Shown piece by piece: positions 58,046 to 64,000 of a stretch of DNA of 64,000 nt. Origin of the DNA: Squalus acanthias. Its lineage: Eukaryota. Location of the stretch: positions 32,862,001-32,926,000 of the forward strand of contig CM059433.1 of assembly GCA_030390025.1 (NCBI GenBank), given 5' to 3'. Below the pieces are notes generated by a model. The model was not told the DNA's origin. It made no database searches and worked only from the letters and a program-made list of their open reading frames with translations. A program made the position numbers and the translations under genes. Every line of letters begins with the position of its first letter. Position 1 is the first letter of the stretch.

Positions 58046-61000
58046 ATCAATCATACAATCAATCACATGATCAATCACAGGATGTATCATCGGATCAATC
58101 ACATGATCAATCACACAATCAATCATATAATCAATCACATGATCAATTACACAATCAACATAGAATCAATCACATGATCAATCACAGGATCAATCATAGT
58201 ATCGATCAAATGATCAATCATAAGATCAGTCATGGAATCAATTACAGGATCAATCAAAGCATCAATCATAGGATCAATCACATAATAAATCACATGATCA
58301 ATCACAGGATCAATCATAGAATCATCATAGAATCAAACACAGCATCAATCATAGAATCAATCATATGATCAATCATAGAATCAATCACATGATCTATCAC
58401 AGGATCAATCGTAGAATCAATCACATGATCAGTTACACAATCAACATAGAATCAATCACATGATCAATCGCAGGATCAATCATAGAATCAATCCCTGTAT
58501 CAATCATAGAATCAATCACATGGTCAATCATAGGATCTATCATAGTATCAATCAAATGATCAATCATAAGATCAGTCATGGAATCAATTACAGGATCAAT
58601 CATAGCATCAATCACATGATCAATCACATAATAAATCACATGATCAATCACAGGATCAATCATAGAATCAATCACATGATCAATCACAGGATCAATCATA
58701 CAAACAATCACAGGATCAATCATACAATCAATCATAGAATCAATAGCATGATCAATCATAGAATCAATCAAAAGATCAATCACAGGATCAATCATAGAAT
58801 CAATCGGATTATCAATCACAGGAGCAATCATCGAATCATTCACATGATCAATCACAGGAACAATCATAGAATCAATCATATGATCTATCATAGAACCAAT
58901 CATAGCATCAATCACAGGATCAATTATAGAATAAATCAAATGTTCATTCACAGGATCAATCATAGAATCAACCACAGGATCAATAATATGATCAATCACA
59001 TGACCAATCAGAGGAACAATCGTAAATTCAATCATAGAATCAATCACAGGATTAATTATATAATCAATCACTGGATCAAGCATAGAATCAATCACGGGAT
59101 CAAGCATAGATTCAATCATAGAATCAATAACATGATCATTCATAGGATCAATTACAGAATCAATCAAATGGTCAATCACAGGATCAATCAGGGAATCAAT
59201 CACATTGTCAATCACAGGGTAACTGAGAGAATCATTCACATAATCAATCACAAGATCTATCATGGACACAATCACATGATGAATCACACACTCAATCATA
59301 GAATCAATCACAGGATCAATCATAGAATCAATCACATGATCAATCATATAATCAATCTCATGATCAATCAGAGGATCAATCTTAGAATCAATCAAATGAT
59401 CAATCACCGGATCAATCAAAGAATCAATCACATGATCAATCACAGGATGTATCATAGGATCAATCACATGATCAATCACAGAATCAATCATAGAATCAAT
59501 CACATGATCAATCATAGAATCAATCCCAGTTTCAATCATAGAATCAATCACATGATCTAACATAGAACCAATCATAGGATCAATCACAGGATCAATTATA
59601 GAATCAATCAAATGTTCATTCACAGGATCAATCATATAATCAACCACAGGATCAATAATATGATCAATCGCATGATCAATCATTGGAACAATGATAAAAT
59701 CAATCATAGAATCAATCACAGGATTAATTATATAATCAATCACGAATCAAGCATAGAATCAATAACATGATCAATCACAGGATCAATCACAGAATCAATG
59801 ACATTATCAATCACAGGATCAATCATAGAAATATTCACATGATCAATCACAGGATCTATCATAGAATCAATCAAATAATCAATCATAAGATCAGTCATAG
59901 AATTAATTACAGGATAAATCATAGAATCAATCACATGATCAATCACAAGATCAATCATAGAATCAATCACATGATCAATCATATAATCAATCACATGATC
60001 AAGCACAGGATCAATCATAGAATCAATCATAGAAGCAATCACATGATCAATCGTAGAATCAATCACATGATCTAACATAGAATCAATCATAGAATCAAAC
60101 ACAGGATCAATCATAGACGCAATCACATGATCAATCGTAGAATCAATCACATGATCAATCACAGGATCAATCACAGAATCAATCACATGATCTGTCATAC
60201 AATCAATCATCGAATCAAACACAGGATTAATCATAGAATAAATCACAAGATAAATCATAGAATCAATCACATGATCAATCACAGGATTAATCATAGAATA
60301 AATCACATGATAAATCATAGAATCAATCACATGAACAATCACAGGATCAATCATAGAATTAATCACATGGTCTGTCATAGAATCAATCATAGAATCAATC
60401 ACATGATCAATCACAGGATCAGTCATAGAATTAATCCCTGTATCAATCATAGAATCAATCCCAGTTTCAATCATAGAATCAATCACATGGTCAATCACAG
60501 GATCTATCATAGCATCAATCAAATGATCAATTATAAGATCAGTCATGGAATCAATTATAGGATCAATCGTAGCATCAATCACATGATCAATCACATAATA
60601 AATCACATGATCAATCATAGAATCAATCATAGAATCAAACACAGCATCAATCATAGAATTAATCATATGATCAATCATAGAATCAATCACATGACCAATC
60701 ACAAGGTCAATCACATGATCAATCATAGAGTCAATCACAGGATCAATCATAGAATCAATCACAGGATCAATCATACAATCAATCATAGAATCAATAGCAC
60801 GATCAATCATAGAATCAATCACAGGATCAATCACAGGATCAATCATAGAATCAATCACATTATCAATCACAGGATCAATCATCGAATCATTCACATGATC
60901 AATCACAGGATCAATCATAGAATCAATCACATGATCTATCATAGAACCAATCATAGCATACATCACAGGATCAATTATAGAATAAATCAAAAGTTCATTC

Positions 61001-64000
61001 ACAGGATCAATCATAGAATCAACCACAGGATAAATAATAAGGTCAATCACATGATCAATCAGAGGAACAATCATAAAATCAATCATAGAATCAATCACAG
61101 GATTAATTATATAATCAATCACAGGATCAAGCATAGAATCAATCACAGGATCAAGCATAGATTCAATCATAGAATCAATAACATGATCAATCAAAGAATC
61201 AATCACATAATCAATCACATGATCAATCACAGAATCAATCACATGGTCAATCACAGGATCAATCATGGAATCAATCACATTGTCAGTCACAGGGTAAATG
61301 AGAGAATCATTCACATAATCAATCACAAGATCTATCAAGGACACAATCACATGATGAATCACACACTCAATCATAGAATCAATCACAGGATCAATAATAG
61401 AATCAATCACATGATCAATCATATAATTAATCTCATGATCAATCGGAGGGTCAATCTTAGAATCAATCAATTGATCAATCACCGGATCAGTCATAGAAAC
61501 AATCACATGATCAATCACAGGATGTATCAAAGGATCAATCACATGATCAATCACAGAGTCAATCATAGAATCAATCACATGATCAATCATAGAATCAATA
61601 CCAGGTTCAATCATAGAATCAATCACATGATCTAACATAGAACAAATCATAGGATCAATCACAGGATCAATTATAAAATCAATCCCAGGATCAATCATAT
61701 AATCAATCGCAGGATCAATCATGGGATCAATAACCGGATCAATCATAGAATCAATCACATGATCAATCCTGGAATCAATCACATGATTAATCACAGGATC
61801 AATCTTAGAATCAATCACATGATCTGTCATACAATCAATCATCGAATCAAACACAGGATTAATCATAGAATAAATCACATGATAAATCATAGAATCAATC
61901 ACATGAACAATCACAGGATCAATCATAGAATTAATCACATGGTCTGTCATAGAATCAATCATAGAATCAATCACATGATCAATCACAGGATCAGTCATAG
62001 AATTAATCCCTGTATCAATCATAGAATCAATCACATGGTCAATCACAGGATCTATCATAGCATCAATCAAATGATCAATTATAAGATCAGTCATGGAATC
62101 AATTATAGGATCAATCGTAGCATCAATCACATGATCAATCACATAATAAATCACATGATCAATCACAGGATCAATCATAGAATTAATCTCATGATCAATC
62201 GGAGGGTCAATCTTAGAATCAATCAATTGATCAATCACCGGATCAATCATAGAATCAATCACATGATCAATCACAGGATGTATCATAGGATCAATCACAT
62301 GATCAATCACAGAGTCAATCATAGAATCAATCACATGATCAATCATAGAATCAATCCCAGGTTCAATCATAGAATCAATCACTTGATCTAACATAGAACC
62401 AATCATAGGATCAATCACAGGATCAATTATAAAATCAATCCCAGGATCAATCATAGAATCAATCGCAGGATCAATCATGGGATCAATAACCGGATCAATC
62501 ATAGAATCAATCAACTGATCAATCAGAGGATCAATCATAGAATCATTCTTAGTATCAATTATATAATCAATCAAATGATCAATCACATGTTCAGTCATAG
62601 AATCCATCTCAGGATCAATCATAGAATCAATCACATGATCAATCATAGACTCATTCATGTGATCAATCAGATGATCAATCACAGCATCAATCATAGAATC
62701 AATCACAGGATCAAGCATAGAATCAATCACATGAACAATCACAGGATCTATCGTAGAATCAATCACTTGATCAGTTACACAATCAATCATAGAAGCAATC
62801 ACAGGATCAATCACAGGATCAATCATAGAATCAATCCCAGCATCAATCATAGAATCAATCCCAGTTTCAATCATAGAATCAATCACATGATCTAACAAAG
62901 AACCAATCATAGGATCAATCACAGGATCAATTATAGAATCGATCAAATGTTCAGTCACAGGATTAATCATGGAATCAATCACAGGATCAATTATATAATC
63001 AATCACATGATCTACCAGAGTAACAATCATAAAATCAATCATAGAATCAATCACAGGATTAATTATACAATCAATCCCAGGTTCAATCATAGAATCAATC
63101 ACAGGATCAATCATGGCATCAGTCACCGGATCAATCATAGAATCAATCAACTGATCAATCGGAGGATCAATCATAGAATCAATCATAGTATCAATTATAT
63201 AATCAATCAAATGATCAATCACATGTTCAGTCATAGAATCCATCTCAGGATCAATCATAGAATCAATCACATCATCAATCATAGACTCACTCATGTGATC
63301 ATTCAGATGATCAATCACAGCATCAATCATAGTATCAATCACAGGATCAAGCATAGAATCAATCACATGAACAATCACAGGATCTATCGTAGAATCAATC
63401 ACATGATTAGTTACACAATCAATCATATAAGCAATCACAGGATCAATCACAGGATCAATCATAGAATCAATCCCAGCATCAATCATAGAATCAATCACAT
63501 GGTCAATCAAAGGATCAATCAGAGAATCAATCCCAGTATCAATCTTGGAATCAATAGCAGGATCAGTCATATAATGAATCGCAGGATCAATCACAGGATC
63601 AATCATAGAATCAATCACAGATCAAACATAGAATCAATCCTTGTATCAATCATAGAATCAATCGCATGGTCAAGCACAGGATCTATCATAGTATCACTCA
63701 AATGATCAATCATGAGATCAGTCATGGAATCAATTACAAGATCAATCATAGCATCAATCACATGATCAATCATATAATAAATCACATGATCAATCACAGG
63801 ATCAATCACATGATCAATCAAAGAATCAATCACGTGATCTATCACAGTATCAATCAAATGATCAATCATAAGATCAGTCATGGAATCAATTACAGGATCA
63901 ATCATAGCATCAATCACATGATCAACCATATAAAAAATCACATGATCAATCACAGGATCAATCATAGAATCAATCATAGAATCAAACACAGGATCAATCA
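58046..64000. repeat. 12-bp satellite, block 5
   Basis: Array resumes in register at 58046 (atcaatcataca atcaatcacatg) and runs to the window end. Confidence 0.98.

Noticed and set aside
51..63989. Numerous long ORFs with INHR/INHM (+) or MIDS/VIDP (-) repeats, including 1,292 aa at 59740-63618 and 780 aa at 14601-16943
   Set aside because: A 12-bp stop-free monomer makes open frames on both strands automatically; the ORFs break at random 11-bp units, have no domains and are duplicated along with the array.
1..64000. CRISPR-like array (constant ATCAATCA plus variable part)
   Set aside because: The variable part is only 4 nt from a small recurring set, there are no unique spacers or cas genes, and the context is a vertebrate-type genome.

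Overview
Eukaryotic, repeat-dominated window with no host gene. About 56 kb is a 12-bp tandem satellite (ATCAATCA plus a variable 4-nt tail, mainly TAGA, CAGG or CATG) organised into nested 0.5-6 kb higher-order duplications. The many INHR/MIDS ORFs in the track are artefacts of this 12-bp period. Three independent retroposon insertions interrupt the array. (1) A 5'-truncated, mutated CR1-clade LINE on the minus strand (22287-24816). (2) A tRNA-derived V-SINE (HE1-like), present twice because of a 2,095-bp tandem duplication (27662-27977, 29757-30072). (3) An apparently full-length, intact CR1 LINE on the plus strand (53362-58045) with a 3x74-bp 5' repeat, ORF1 (zinc finger, coiled coil, SGNH esterase) and ORF2 (APE endonuclease + RT). 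The element types suggest a cartilaginous fish (inference). Most notable points: ORF2 of the intact LINE has no AUG upstream of its endonuclease and is joined to ORF1 by an in-phase U_UUA_AAC slippery heptamer; all three insertions meet the same phase of the 12-mer without target-site duplications; the satellite monomer contains the CR1 terminal octamer; and the SINE and both LINEs share a covarying 3' stem-loop. Coordinates were read by eye and may be off by a few bases.
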